NCBI GenBank assembly: GCA_965242525.1
Contig: OZ251459.1
Span: 3,168,001 to 3,232,000 of the forward strand
Length of the DNA stretch: 64,000 bases
From: an uncultured Candidatus Binatia bacterium
GTDB lineage: Bacteria > Desulfobacterota > Binatia > UBA9968 > JAJDTQ01
Direction of reading: 5' to 3'
Shown: one piece after another, positions 10,238 through 20,900 of the stretch
Numbering within the stretch: the first letter of the stretch is position 1
Layout of the letters: the number at the start of each line of letters is the position of its first letter
The notes under the pieces: model-generated
Seen by the model: the letters and a program-made list of their open reading frames with translations, nothing else
Database searches by the model: none
Told to the model about the DNA's origin: nothing
Made by a program: the position numbers and the translations under genes

Positions 10238-10690
10238 TCAGCCGCCGCCGGGGAAGACCGTCCGTAGCGCCTCGTTGCGGTAGGCGAATATCTTGCGCAG
10301 GTCCCGGGCCACGAACAGGCGCTGCGCCAGGACGCCGCCCGGCGCCGCGTATTGCACTTCGTCCCGGGCCAGCGTACCGCGGTCGGACGGCGCGAACGTG
10401 TGTTCATGGATCCAGCGGCGGTACGGCCCCCGGCGCTGCTCGTCCACGAACCCGTGCGGCGGATCCCACCGCGTGATCTCGCTCTGCCAACGCATGGGCA
10501 GCCCGTGCAGCCGGATCCGGTAGTCGATGAGTGTGCCCACCCGCATCTCGACGGGGCGCGGCGTCAGGACCCGGAACCGCAGCGCCGGGGGCGTCAGCCG
10601 CTCCAGGTTGAACGCGTCCGCAAAGAACGGGAACACTTCGTCCGGCGGCGCCGGCAGCCAGACTTGGTTCCGGAAGGTGAAGAGTCTCAT
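10238..10690 (-). CDS. SRPBCC (START-like) family protein
   Basis: VFPFFADAFNLERLTPP, FVDEQRRGPYRRWIHEH. Confidence 0.88.
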   Translation of the reverse strand: MRLFTFRNQVWLPAPPDEVFPFFADAFNLERLTPPALRFRVLTPRPVEMRVGTLIDYRIRLHGLPMRWQSEITRWDPPHGFVDEQRRGPYRRWIHEHTFAPSDRGTLARDEVQYAAPGGVLAQRLFVARDLRKIFAYRNEALRTVFPGGG

Positions 10691-10772
10691 GCGACGGCCC
10701 TGGCGGAATGCCCGGCGAGTCTATCAGTCCCGCCGACCTGAATCGATGAGCATGACCGGATCTCGCGTTCCG

Positions 10773-12266
10773 TTACGGCGCGCTGGCCGGCGGCCGGCGG
10801 TGGCGGGTCGCCTGCTCGTAGGCGTAGGCGAGTCCGATCATGCGGCCGTCGTCGTACGGTCGTCCGAGGAAACTGATGCCCGCGGGGAGGCCGTCCGAGG
10901 TGAAACCCGCGGGCACGGCCACCGTGGGCACGTACACCAGAAACGTGTTCAGGTGGGGCGCTCCCTTGTGGTTCACGTAGGGCGGCTTCACTCCTTCGCT
11001 GATGAGCGTGGGCTGGTGCTCCACCGACTTGTGCACCACCGCGTCCAGCCGGTGGTCGGCCATGGCCTTCAGCAGGTGGACCATGAGGTGGTCCCGAGCA
11101 AGCAGGTACCGGTAGTGGTCCTCGGGGCTGGCGCCGGCCATCAGCCGCTTTCGGGTAGGTTCCGACAGCCGGTGGAAATCCGGCGCCCGCAGAACCTCCC
11201 CGCGGCTCCGGTACGGCGGGTTCGCGCTGCGGGACATATAGACCTCGAAGGCTTCCTCTCCCGCGGTGGGGCTGGCGCAGCGTGTGGCCAGCAACTCGTT
11301 CAGCCGGGGCAGCGCCACCGGGTCCACCAACTCAGCGCCGGCGTCCCGCAATTCCGCCACCGCCCGGTCGAACACCGCGGCGACGCTCCGGAAGTCGTCT
11401 GAACCGGGCTCGACGTTGTAGCCCATGGGTTCCCGCAGGATGCCGATGCGCGCGCCCCGCAGGGCGTCCGCGTCCAGGAAGTCGGCGTAGCTCCGGGGCG
11501 CATGGCCCACGCCCCTGGCGGTCAGCGGGTCCTCCGGGTCGTAGCCCACCATCACGTCCAGCAGCACCGCCATGTCCCGGACCGTGCGCGCCATGGGTCC
11601 CAGGGACCCCGCCTCCTGGGGCCACCCGGAGTACACCCCGCTGCGGCTCACCAGGCCGGCGGTGGGGCGCATGCCCGCGATGCAGTTCCAGGTGGAGGGC
11701 CGGCGGATGGACGCCAGCCCCTCCTGGCCCACCCCCAGGGTCCCGAGGTTGGCGGAAACCGCGGCCCCGGAGCCGCCCGACGAGCCGCCCACGGTCCGCC
11801 GGAGGTCGTAGGGGTTGCGGGTGGAGCCGAACAGCGAGCCGTGGGTGTCGCCGCCGCCCAGCTCGCCCAACGTGGTCTTCGCCAGCACGATGGCCCCGGC
11901 CTGCTTGAGCTTCTCCACCACCCGGCAGTCCCGGTCGGGGTAGTAGTCCGCGAACAGCACCGACCCCAAGGTGGTGGGCGTCCCCCTGAGGTCCGCCTGG
12001 TCCTTGACCAGCACCGGAATGCCGTGGAGCGGCCCCACCGGCCCGGACCTCTCGAACGCGGCGTCCAGCCGGTCCGCCTCCTCCAGGGCCGCGGGGTTCA
12101 CGGTGATGACCGAGTTGATCTTGGGGCCGCTTCGGTCGTATGCCTCGATGCGGTCGAGGTACGCCTGCGTCAGTTGCCGCGCGGTGAGGCCGCCCGCGGC
12201 ATACGCGCCGTGGACGCCGCCGATGGTTGCCTCCTGCAACGTGAACGATCCCGTATCCGTGCTCAT
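10773..12266 (-). CDS. Amidase signature family enzyme
   Basis: GPLHGIPVLVKD, GGSSGGSG, SIRRP, GLPAGISFLGRPYDD. Confidence 0.92.
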   Translation of the reverse strand: MSTDTGSFTLQEATIGGVHGAYAAGGLTARQLTQAYLDRIEAYDRSGPKINSVITVNPAALEEADRLDAAFERSGPVGPLHGIPVLVKDQADLRGTPTTLGSVLFADYYPDRDCRVVEKLKQAGAIVLAKTTLGELGGGDTHGSLFGSTRNPYDLRRTVGGSSGGSGAAVSANLGTLGVGQEGLASIRRPSTWNCIAGMRPTAGLVSRSGVYSGWPQEAGSLGPMARTVRDMAVLLDVMVGYDPEDPLTARGVGHAPRSYADFLDADALRGARIGILREPMGYNVEPGSDDFRSVAAVFDRAVAELRDAGAELVDPVALPRLNELLATRCASPTAGEEAFEVYMSRSANPPYRSRGEVLRAPDFHRLSEPTRKRLMAGASPEDHYRYLLARDHLMVHLLKAMADHRLDAVVHKSVEHQPTLISEGVKPPYVNHKGAPHLNTFLVYVPTVAVPAGFTSDGLPAGISFLGRPYDDGRMIGLAYAYEQATRHRRPPASAP

Positions 12267-12285
12267 GCCTTGCCTCCGTATGGTT

Positions 12286-12398
12286 CGGAAACCCCGAACG
12301 ATTCCGGCTCGAACTCCCTCTCCCTTTGGGGAAGCGCGTCCTTCGACTTCGCTTCGCTACGCTCAGGACGAACGGGGGTAATCGTTCAGGGTTTTCCG
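12286..12398 (-). repeat. Repeat family A, copy 2, with terminal inverted repeats
   Basis: Reverse-complement core flanked by CGGAAACCCCGAACGATT ... AATCGTTCAGGGTTTTCCG. Confidence 0.85.
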
Positions 12399-12653
12399 TT
12401 CGTTTCAATGCAAAAGTGTATGGCCACGGCCGCGGCCGGCTCCACCGGAACGTGTCCCGCGTGGACCCGTCCCGCGGTGGAACCCCCCATGCGGCGGGAA
12501 GCGGTCCGCGGCGGTTGGTGGCCGTTCCCCGAACGGTGTATCACTATCCGGGCTGGTTTCACACGCATGTGTCCGCAACCCGTGGAGGAAGGTCGTGCAG
12601 GCAGAAACCGGGAGCGAGTCGAGCCCATCGCGTCCGCAAGCGGCGCCGGGGCC

Positions 12654-14093
12654 ATGACGCCGCGGGCGCCCGCTTCGCCGTGGTCGCAGCCGACCCTGCT
12701 CATCGCCGGGTTCAGCGGCCTGCTGGCCTCCCTCGACACCTCCGTCAACATCGCGTTCCCAGCCATCACGCGCACGTTCTCCATCGACCTCATGGCCATC
12801 CAGTGGGTGGTGGTGAGCTACGTGCTGACCTATGCCAGCCTCCTGCTGGGCTGCGGCCGCCTGGCGGACATGTTCGGCCACCGGCGCATCCTCGCCCTCG
12901 GCCTCCTGACCAGCGCCGGGGCCTTCCTCGTGTGCGGCGCCGCCCGGACCTTTGCCTGGCTGCTCATGGGTCGGGTGCTCCAGGGCCTGGGCGCGGCGCT
13001 GGTGTTCGGCTCCGCCCCGGCGCTGGTGACCCTGGCCGTGGGCGCGGCCGAGCGCGGAAGGGCGCTGGGCTTCTACCAGATGAACCTGGCCGCGGGATTC
13101 GCCCTGGGGCCGCTGCTGGGGGGCGTGCTGGTGGACGCCTTCGGGTGGCGCGGCGTGTACCTCTACCGGACGCTGCCCGCGCTGCTCCTGGCTTGGTTCG
13201 CCTCGAGGCAGGTCCGGTCCGCACGGCGCCCGGCCAACGGCGAACGGTTTGATCTCCTGGGCGCGGCCACCCTGACCCTGGGCATCGCCGGCCTGCTCCT
13301 GGCGGTGAGCCGGAGCCGCGACCTGGGCTGGACCTCCCCGGAGGTCCTGGTCCTCGCCGTCGCCGCGGCCGCAAGCCTCTCGGTCTTCCTCGTGACCGAG
13401 AAACGGGTCGCCGCCCCGGTGGTCCACATCGACCTGTTCCGCCGGCCGGCGTTCACCCTCGCCAACCTGCTCACCCTGCTGGCCAACGGCACCCGGTTCC
13501 CCATCGGCTTGCTGGTGCCCTACTATGCGGTGAACGTGCTAGGCTACCCGGCCACCATGGGCGGCTTCCTGCTGTTTCCGGCCGCGGTGATGACCACCGT
13601 TGCCGCGGCCTTCGCCGGCAGGCTGTCCGACCGGGTGGGAACGGCCGGCCTGAGCTCCGCGGGCTTGGCCGTACAGTCGGTGGGACTGTGGCTGGCCACC
13701 GGCCTGGACGCGAGTTCCGGTTACGCCGCCGCGGCCTTTGCCCTGGGCTTGGTGGGACTCGGCCTGGGGACGTTCCAGGCGCCCAACATGAGCTTCGTCA
13801 TGGGCGCCATCCCCCGCGCCCACCAGGGCGTGGCCGGCGGCATCAACCAGATGATGCGCACCTTCGGCATCGTCCTCGGCGTCACCGGAGCGAGCCTCCT
13901 GTTCGAGCGCCAGCGCGCCTTCCATGCCCACCTGGGAGAGGTCGACGCCTTCGTGGCCGCCTTCCAGCAGGTCTTCCTGGCCGCGGCCGGCCTGTGCGCC
14001 GCAGCCGCGGCCGCCTCCCTGTTCCGCCGCGGAGGAGACGGGACGACGCCCCGCGCGCGCAGACCTGAACCGACGCCGCCGGCGCCCTCCTGA
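12654..14093 (+). CDS. MFS transporter (DHA2/EmrB-like)
   Basis: LDTSVNIAFPAI, GRLADMFGHRR, WRGVYL, GRLSDRVG; start taken at MTPRAPAS. Confidence 0.88.
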   Translation: MTPRAPASPWSQPTLLIAGFSGLLASLDTSVNIAFPAITRTFSIDLMAIQWVVVSYVLTYASLLLGCGRLADMFGHRRILALGLLTSAGAFLVCGAARTFAWLLMGRVLQGLGAALVFGSAPALVTLAVGAAERGRALGFYQMNLAAGFALGPLLGGVLVDAFGWRGVYLYRTLPALLLAWFASRQVRSARRPANGERFDLLGAATLTLGIAGLLLAVSRSRDLGWTSPEVLVLAVAAAASLSVFLVTEKRVAAPVVHIDLFRRPAFTLANLLTLLANGTRFPIGLLVPYYAVNVLGYPATMGGFLLFPAAVMTTVAAAFAGRLSDRVGTAGLSSAGLAVQSVGLWLATGLDASSGYAAAAFALGLVGLGLGTFQAPNMSFVMGAIPRAHQGVAGGINQMMRTFGIVLGVTGASLLFERQRAFHAHLGEVDAFVAAFQQVFLAAAGLCAAAAAASLFRRGGDGTTPRARRPEPTPPAPS

Positions 14094-14230
14094 CCGGCAA
14101 CGGACCGCGGCTCTTCCGGCTTATCGGACCTCATCGCGTGGGAGGGGAAGATCACAGCCCACACGAAATATCGAAGCGCCCAAATTGACACTTGGCGCGC
14201 GCAGACCTAAACGTAGCCTGTGGGTATTTC

Positions 14231-14360
14231 CGGAACCCTTGAACAACGAACCCCGTTCGTCCTGAGCGTAGCGAAGCGAAGTACTCCGTCCATCCTGAGC
14301 GTAGCGAAGCGAAGTCGAAGGACGCGCTTTCCCATAGAGACAGGGAACTCAAGCCGGAAT
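14231..14360 (+). repeat. Repeat family A, copy 3 (core partly duplicated in tandem)
   Basis: Two TCCTGAGCGTAGCGAAGCGAAGT units plus a tail matching copy 2. Confidence 0.85.
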
Positions 14361-14428
14361 GGACCAAGCGTTCCCTGAACGTAGCCTATGGGTGTTTTCA
14401 CGAATCCGTCACGAAGGAGGGCAACGCC

Positions 14429-14776
14429 ATGAGCATCGAACGCATCCAACCGGGGGCATGGAACAGCCGTGCGGTGGCGCACGGCGGCCTGGTGTTCCTG
14501 TCCGGCATGGTGGCCGACGACAAGTCGCTGTCCATGAAGGGGCAGACGCAGCAGGTGCTGGCCAGGATCGACGACGCCCTGGCCGCGGCCGGGACCGACA
14601 AGTCGCGCATCCTGACGGCCACGGTCTATTTGGCGGACATGGCCGGGAAGGACGAGATGAACGAGGCATGGATGGCCTGGATGGACCGGGAGAACCCGCC
14701 GGCGCGGGCGGCCGTAGGCGCGGCCCTCACACCGGGCACCCTGGTGGAAATCATGGTGTGCGCCGCAAGGCGGTAA
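14429..14776 (+). CDS. RidA/YjgF family protein (YoaB-like)
   Basis: VFLSGMVA, QTQQVLARID, MNEAW, PPARA, VEI; AGGAGG RBS. Confidence 0.9.
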   Translation: MSIERIQPGAWNSRAVAHGGLVFLSGMVADDKSLSMKGQTQQVLARIDDALAAAGTDKSRILTATVYLADMAGKDEMNEAWMAWMDRENPPARAAVGAALTPGTLVEIMVCAARR

Positions 14777-14883
14777 GCGGTTGGGGAGTGCCGACGGCGT
14801 CAGGGCGCGTGCGAGCCGGTCCGCAGGACGTAGTCCAACTCTTCCACCACCGCCAGCTTGCCGGACCAGCGATACAGGTAGGA

Positions 14884-15354
14884 TCAGTTCAGGCTCTCCC
14901 GGTTCCGCTCGACGACCCTGGCGGCGTCGTCGAAGTCCCGGTCCCTGCCGACCTTGAGCTTCATCAGGATCAGGTCCTCCGGGGCAGGAAACCACAGGAG
15001 GCGCCCGGCAAAGGTCTCCTGACGGCGACGGCGCAGGACGTTGCGATCATGGGCATCGCGGGGACGGAGAAAGTCCACGTGCAGGTTCTCCATGCGGCAG
15101 CGGACCATCACGCCGCGCAGGAGCGGGTTCAGTTCCAGGAATTGGGGCTGCGGCTGGAGTCCTCGCTCCCCTGCCAGAGTGATCAACTCGTCGAACCGGG
15201 ATCCATGGCCTCCTACCAGCAAGTCGATGTCGAGCGTCGCCCGGTTGACGCCCCACACGTTGCCGGCAAAACCGCCGACCACCGCATAGGGAAGCGGGAC
15301 CACGCGGAAAAGACGCAACAGCAGCGACAAGGTCCGATCAACGATGTCGGCCAT
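14884..15354 (-). CDS. Nucleotidyltransferase-superfamily protein (putative TA component); ends at a possibly premature TGA
   Basis: VVGGFA, RATLDIDL, PEDLILMKL, RDRDFDD; frame stays open to 14800 after the TGA. Confidence 0.75.
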   Translation of the reverse strand: MADIVDRTLSLLLRLFRVVPLPYAVVGGFAGNVWGVNRATLDIDLLVGGHGSRFDELITLAGERGLQPQPQFLELNPLLRGVMVRCRMENLHVDFLRPRDAHDRNVLRRRRQETFAGRLLWFPAPEDLILMKLKVGRDRDFDDAARVVERNRESLN

Positions 15355-15586
15355 GGCGGAAGGAGCGCCTCGGATACTGCTGTTCGAACCGGGTACGCTC
15401 GCACAGGTAACGTGTCATGTGGTCCCGGATCTCCTGTTGCGAGGCATCCGGATACCGACGCCGAAACGATTGTTCGAACGCATCGAGCCCCTTGACGATC
15501 GATGCCTTGATCGCTTCGTCCCGTCCAGTGGATCCGGAAACGCCCGGGTCCCGACGGGTTTCCCTCTTGGGCGTGGGGCGTGCCAT
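15338..15586 (-). CDS. Small helical protein upstream of the nucleotidyltransferase (putative partner)
   Basis: 82 aa with an FRRRYPDASQQEIR segment; overlaps the NTase start. Confidence 0.6.
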   Translation of the reverse strand: MARPTPKRETRRDPGVSGSTGRDEAIKASIVKGLDAFEQSFRRRYPDASQQEIRDHMTRYLCERTRFEQQYPRRSFRHGRHR

Positions 15587-15636
15587 GTATGAGGACACCA
15601 TAACCCCTCGCCAAGGCAGGGTCAAAACCGGCTTTT

Positions 15637-15771
15637 GGAACCCCTGGACAATCGAGACGTCCAGGATGGATTCCTTCGCCCTGACCCTCCTATCCCCGTT
15701 CGTCCTGAGCGTAGCGAAGCGGAGTCGAAGGACGCGCTCATGCCACCCTGTCCCGATTGTCCAGATGTTCC
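15637..15771 (+). repeat. Repeat family A, copy 4, full length with terminal inverted repeats
   Basis: GGAACCCCTGGACAATCG ... core ... CGATTGTCCAGATGTTCC. Confidence 0.85.
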
Positions 15772-15863
15772 CTTTTCCGATGTCGTGCGCCCGCCCCGCC
15801 TCGAAGGCGGCAGGCGTGCCCTGGCGACTGCGCCATCGACTCGCCTCGGCGCCCTGCCGTAGT

Positions 15864-16562
15864 TCACGGCGCAGGCAGCAACGCGGGGGGCGGGTCGTCG
15901 GGAGCGATGCACTCGGGGGAGTCGTTCCGCGGCGAGTTGACCGCGCGCGAGACGCAGTAGCCCTCCATCGAATCCGCGGGATAGGGTTTCAGGAGTTGCG
16001 AAAGGGCCTCGGGGTCGGTGTTGGCGGGGTCGAGCCACCCGGCTTCGTCCTCCGGGAGCAGGATGGCCGGCATCCTCGAGTGGACCGGCGCCATGAGGCG
16101 GTTGGGCGCAGTGGTGACGATGGTGAACGAATGGAGCGGGGCGCCGTCGGGTTGGAGCCAGCGGTCCCACAGTCCGGCGAAGGCAAAGGGTTGGCCGCTT
16201 CGGAGCGTGAACCGCATGGGTATGCGGAAACGGCCTTCCCTGCGCCATTCGTAGAAGCCGTCCGCCGGCACCAGGCAGCGCCGCCGCGGCAGCAGGCCCC
16301 GGAACGCGGCCCTTTGGGCGAGGGTCTCGGCCCGGGCGTTGATGATGCCCTTGGCGGCGTCCCTGGCGCGGCGCGGCGCGAGCCCCCAACGCATCAGCCT
16401 GAGGGAGCGGGTGCCCGGGGTTTGCGGATGGACGCCCACCACCGGCGCTTCCTGGTTGGGGGCGATGTTGTAGCGGGGCAAGAGGTCGAAACCCGGCTCC
16501 TCGATGCCGAAGCGGGCGACGAGGTCTTCGGTCTTCGCCGTCCGGGTAAACCGACCGCACAT
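15864..16562 (-). CDS. SOS-response-associated peptidase (SRAP/YedK/HMCES, abasic-site protection)
   Basis: N-terminal MCGRF, RYNIAP, NARAET, GFYEW, HSRMP. Confidence 0.93.
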   Translation of the reverse strand: MCGRFTRTAKTEDLVARFGIEEPGFDLLPRYNIAPNQEAPVVGVHPQTPGTRSLRLMRWGLAPRRARDAAKGIINARAETLAQRAAFRGLLPRRRCLVPADGFYEWRREGRFRIPMRFTLRSGQPFAFAGLWDRWLQPDGAPLHSFTIVTTAPNRLMAPVHSRMPAILLPEDEAGWLDPANTDPEALSQLLKPYPADSMEGYCVSRAVNSPRNDSPECIAPDDPPPALLPAP

Positions 16563-16677
16563 GACGGCACTCTACGCCAAGGGCGCGAGAGCGGCAACGC
16601 CCGCGCCCGTACAGGGTTGATAACGTCGGCGTTAATGGCTAGTCATTGGCCAGGACATTGACCGGGAGGGTTCCACC

Positions 16678-17844
16678 GTGATCATCGACTGCGACACCCA
16701 CATCATGCCCGAAGACGCCTTCGACCACCTGCCCGAAGAGTTCCGCGGCAAGGCGCCCATTCCCCGGTACGGCGACACGGGCCTGCTCGTGGACATCGAC
16801 TTTCCGGGCGGCCCTCCCGAGGTGCCCGGCGTCACGCCGCTGGGGCCGCCGGGGTCCGGGGCGAGCATGAAGGGCCTGGTGGACCTGCAGGTGCGGCTGG
16901 ACGACCTTCCGGTGCTGGGTGTGGACCGCCAGTTCGTGCTGCCGCAGTTCTCCGGCTGGTGGACCTACATGATCGAGCCGGCCCTGGCCTCGGCCATCGC
17001 ACGGTCCTACAACCTCTCGAACCTGCGGTTGATGGAGCGTTGCGGCGACCGGATCATCGGCGTGGCGCTGGCGCCGCTCCAGGACGTCCCCGCGGCCATC
17101 CGGGAAATGGAATGGGCGCAAAAGGAGGGGTTCTGCGCGGTGGTGCTCGACAAGGTCTTCCCGGTCCGGGACCATCCCTACGGCGAGAGCCTAGGCAGCC
17201 ACAAGGAGCTGTGGCCGTTCTTCGGCCGGGCGGAGGAGCTCGGCATGCCCATCTACCTCCACAACATCCAGCACGGCCACCGCATCAGCAACCTGCCCAA
17301 CTTCCAGAAGGACGGCCTCTACTTCTTCGCGCCCCAGGAGGGGCAGGTGAGCCTCGTGTCCCTCGTCACCAGCGGGTTGCTGGACGACTTCCCCGGCCTG
17401 CAAGTCATCTTCACCGAGGCCGGCACGGGCTTCATCAAGCCGCTGGTGGAGCGGCTGGACGCGGCCTTCGGCGGTCCGCCCGTGGACTACGACGCGGACG
17501 CCGACTCCGACGTCATGCGGAAGGTGAACACCAAGCTGCGGCGGCACCGGGCGCGTTTCGGACCCGAAGTGTTCCTGGAGAAGAACCGGCATCCGGCGAG
17601 CCACTACTTCCGCAAGAACTTCTACTTCACCATCGAGACCGAGGAGGCCGCGCTGCCCGAGGCCATCGAGTTCCTGGGACCCGAACGCTTCCTGTTCGCC
17701 ACCGACTACCCCCACGACGACCCGGGCGGCAGCATGAAGTTCCGGGACGCGCAACTGCTGGCCGTCAACCGCGACATCCCCGAGGCCCACAAGGAACTCA
17801 TCCGCCACGGCAACGCCACACGCCTGTTCCGTCTCGATAGCTGA
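16678..17844 (+). CDS. Amidohydrolase family protein
   Basis: IIDCDTHIMP, IYLH, FTEAG, FATDYPH; GGGAGG RBS. Confidence 0.88.
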   Translation: MIIDCDTHIMPEDAFDHLPEEFRGKAPIPRYGDTGLLVDIDFPGGPPEVPGVTPLGPPGSGASMKGLVDLQVRLDDLPVLGVDRQFVLPQFSGWWTYMIEPALASAIARSYNLSNLRLMERCGDRIIGVALAPLQDVPAAIREMEWAQKEGFCAVVLDKVFPVRDHPYGESLGSHKELWPFFGRAEELGMPIYLHNIQHGHRISNLPNFQKDGLYFFAPQEGQVSLVSLVTSGLLDDFPGLQVIFTEAGTGFIKPLVERLDAAFGGPPVDYDADADSDVMRKVNTKLRRHRARFGPEVFLEKNRHPASHYFRKNFYFTIETEEAALPEAIEFLGPERFLFATDYPHDDPGGSMKFRDAQLLAVNRDIPEAHKELIRHGNATRLFRLDS

Positions 17845-17895
17845 AGCCGCTGCGGCGCCGAAGATAGGCGTCACCGGACTACCGAGACGGGAACC

Positions 17896-17922
17896 GCTTT
17901 GCTGCGCTCGGGACGAACGGGG
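17896..17922 (-). repeat. Repeat family A, partial copy 5
   Basis: GCTGCGCTCGGGACGAACGGGG, a degenerate half of the core. Confidence 0.55.
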
Positions 17923-17977
17923 ATGGTTACACGGGCTTCCGGAAAGGGAGCCGGAAAACGAATCGGGGGACCGGGGG

Positions 17978-20900
17978 TCAGAGGGAGACCTTTCGCTGCT
18001 TGCGGGAGAACTCCGCTTCGGCGCCGGTTTCGTGCAAACGGCTCCGCACGTTGCCCAGCGGACCGATTGCGGCGGGGGCGCCGTTGCGATAGGCGATGGA
18101 CTGGCGCGAGTGCAGCGGCACGCGCGGGCCGGGCGTCAGGACCCCGACCAGGTTCAGGGGGTCGGTGCAGGAGACCGTTACCGGCTCCTCGTCGGGGGCC
18201 AGACGCCGCACCTCGCGCATGGCCTCCACCGCCTCGGGCAGCGCGTATTGCTCGCCCACGAAGCCGCTCACGAAACGGCCTCCGCGGATCTCGCCCCGGG
18301 CCTCCAACCGGCGGTATGCCTGCAACAGCAGACGCCAGGGGGGGCAACGGGTCTCGCGGGTGAGCAGTTCGCGGAAGACCACGCCGTAACGTTGCAGCAG
18401 TTGCCGCGCCATGGTCTCCGGCGCGGCGTCCGGGGCGCGGGGAGCTTCGTTTCGCCACAGCGACCAGCGCCCCACGGGCATGGCTTGGCTCGCTGCGCCC
18501 TTGCGGCCGTGCTGCTTTCGCTTGAGGTCGGGGGCGAGCAGCAGGCGCAGTCCGGCGATGCCGTCTCCGGTCACCTGCCCGCGGGTGACCAGTTCCCAGA
18601 GCGCCCGTTCGGTGCGGACCGTGAGGCGACCGGCGCCCCGGGCGATGTCCGCAAGGAAAGAGGCTCCGTGGACCTCCAGGTAGGCGGCTACGTCGCGCGC
18701 CGCGGCCGAAAGTCCCCGGATCTCGCGCCAGGGGAGGGAGTCCGGGTCGAGGAAGTTCGGCAGGTCCTCACGGATCACGAAGGCCAGCGGCGCGGAGCGG
18801 GTGGGCGCGGTCCGGCGGGTTCGTCCGGGGGCCGGACCGAAGGATTGCGGCGCGCCGTCCCAGAGTTTGGGCGCGTCGTCCTCCGGCGCGCCGGTGTCGC
18901 GTCTCAGGCGTCCCCAGGCCACCACGCCGGCAAGGCAGAGGTGCTCCAGCTCCGCGGGGTCGTAGTCGGCTACCCGTGCGGGCAGGACGTGCTGTTCCCA
19001 GGCGGGGGCCGGCAGTTCCAGTCCCTGGAGTTGCCGGACCACCTGGTGGATGCCGTCGCGGCCGTGGAGTTGCGATCCCGGCTGCACGTGTTGCCAGCGC
19101 AGCAGGAACCGCAGGAAGTCCGCGGCCGATACGGGATCGATCTCGCGCCGCAGTTGACCCAGGGTGAGACGGTGTATGCGCGCCAGCAGCCGGCGTTCGC
19201 ACCATTCCGTGGGCCGGTCCGGTCCGGAGCCGGGCGAGAAGCGCCCCTGCAGGACCGTCCCGGAGACTTCCAGCGCGGTCAGGCCGCGCCCGACGGACTC
19301 CGGGGCAAGGCCGATGCGCGCGGCGAGACCGTCCGCGGTGACGGGGCCGAGGATCTCCATCCAGCCTTGCAGGGTGCGCCGGAGGGCGTCCTCCCCGGAG
19401 GCTTCCGCGGCAGGGTCTTCCGCGCCGGGGGCGGCGATGGCCGGGGCAATGGCCGGCTCCATGCGGAGTTCCCCCAGCACCGCACGGGCCTCCGCCAAGC
19501 GCTCCGCGGCCACGTAGAACGCGCCGCCGTCCTCACCCACCGGCTGCGCTCCGGAGGTGGTGCATGGGGAGGATGGCGCCGTGTCAGGGGAAAACCCGCC
19601 GCCGCCCTCCCCCGCACGCTGCGCCCCGGGGGGCGTCCGCGGGGAGGATGGCGCCGTGCCAGGGTAGGACCCGCCGCGGTCCTCGCCCACCGGCTGCGCC
19701 GCCGCGGCCCGCCCCGCCTCCATGAGTTCGTGGGCGAACCGCTGCCATGCTTCGGCTTCCCGCACCGGCAGGAGGATGACGCTGAGCAGGAGGTCGTGGA
19801 GCTCGTCCGCGTCGCGGATGTCCGGCCACGCCTGCCCCTTCACCTCGGCCAGGGCTTCGGGACTCAACGCGCCGATGCCCTGGGCCAGGTCCGGGTCCGT
19901 CCGCCGCAGCGCCACCGCCCGGGCGCGCCGTTCCTCCAGGGGAGCGTCGTCGAGGAACGCGTAAGGGTTGGCGTTGAGGATCTCGTGGGCCATGGGCGAG
20001 GGCGCGGGGGTCTCCACCGCCGCGGTCTCGATCTTCCCCTGTTCCAGGAGCGCCAGCGTCTCCTTGAGGCCGTCCACGTCCATGGCCTCGCGCAGGCAGT
20101 TCTCCATGGTCTCCCTGGTCAGGGGATGGTCCGGCAGGCTCACGGGGCCGCCGCGGTTGTCCCGGCACATCACCTGGTCCGGGAACACCGCCCCCAGGAG
20201 GTCTTCCGCGCGCATGCGCTGGATCATCATGGGGACCTTCCGGCCGCGGCTGAACCGTTCCACCGCCAGCGCCCGGCTCGCGTTCCAGCGCCAGCGGTTG
20301 GTGAACATGGGCGTGGCCAGGGCCGCCTGGGTCAGGTCCTGCTCCACCGTTGCCGGGCGCAGGTAGGAGAAGACCGTGTCCAGGGGGAAGGAGTGGCGGT
20401 CGGTCAGGGAGATCACGATGCCGTCGTCCGTGGCCGCGGCCTGCAGCTCGAAATCGAAGTTGACGCAGAACCGCTTGCGCAGGGCCAGCCCCCAGGCCCG
20501 GTTGATGCGGCTCCCGAAGGGCGTGTGCAGCACGAGCTGCATGCCCCCGGACTCGTCGAAGAAGCGCTCGGCCACCACCCGCTCCACCGACGGCACGCAC
20601 CCGAGGGCCGCCAGGGTCTCGCCCACGTACGCGGCGACCTGGTCGGCGCCGGCCCGTCCCACCCCGGTCTCTTCCCGCAGCCAGCGGCGCGCCCCTTCTC
20701 CGTCCGCGGCGCGCCGGGCCACGTTCTCCCGCACCGCGGACACCGCCCGGGAGAGTTCCCGGCTGCGCCCCGGCGACTCTCCCAACCAGAACGGCAGGGT
20801 GGGCGGCGCCCCGTGGGCGTCCTCCACCCACACCTTGCCCGAGGCCACCCGCTGGATCCGCCACGAGGTGTTGCCCAGCAGGAAGATGTCGCCGGCCAGG

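Noticed and set aside
11502-12653. N-terminal 384 aa of the 863-aa ORF, suggesting an MFS fusion
   Set aside because: It is antisense to the amidase and crosses a repeat; the MFS starts near 12654.
14884-14886. Selenocysteine or genetic-code reassignment of TGA
   Set aside because: The position corresponds to an expected Trp rather than Cys, and TGA is a normal stop for many genes in the window.
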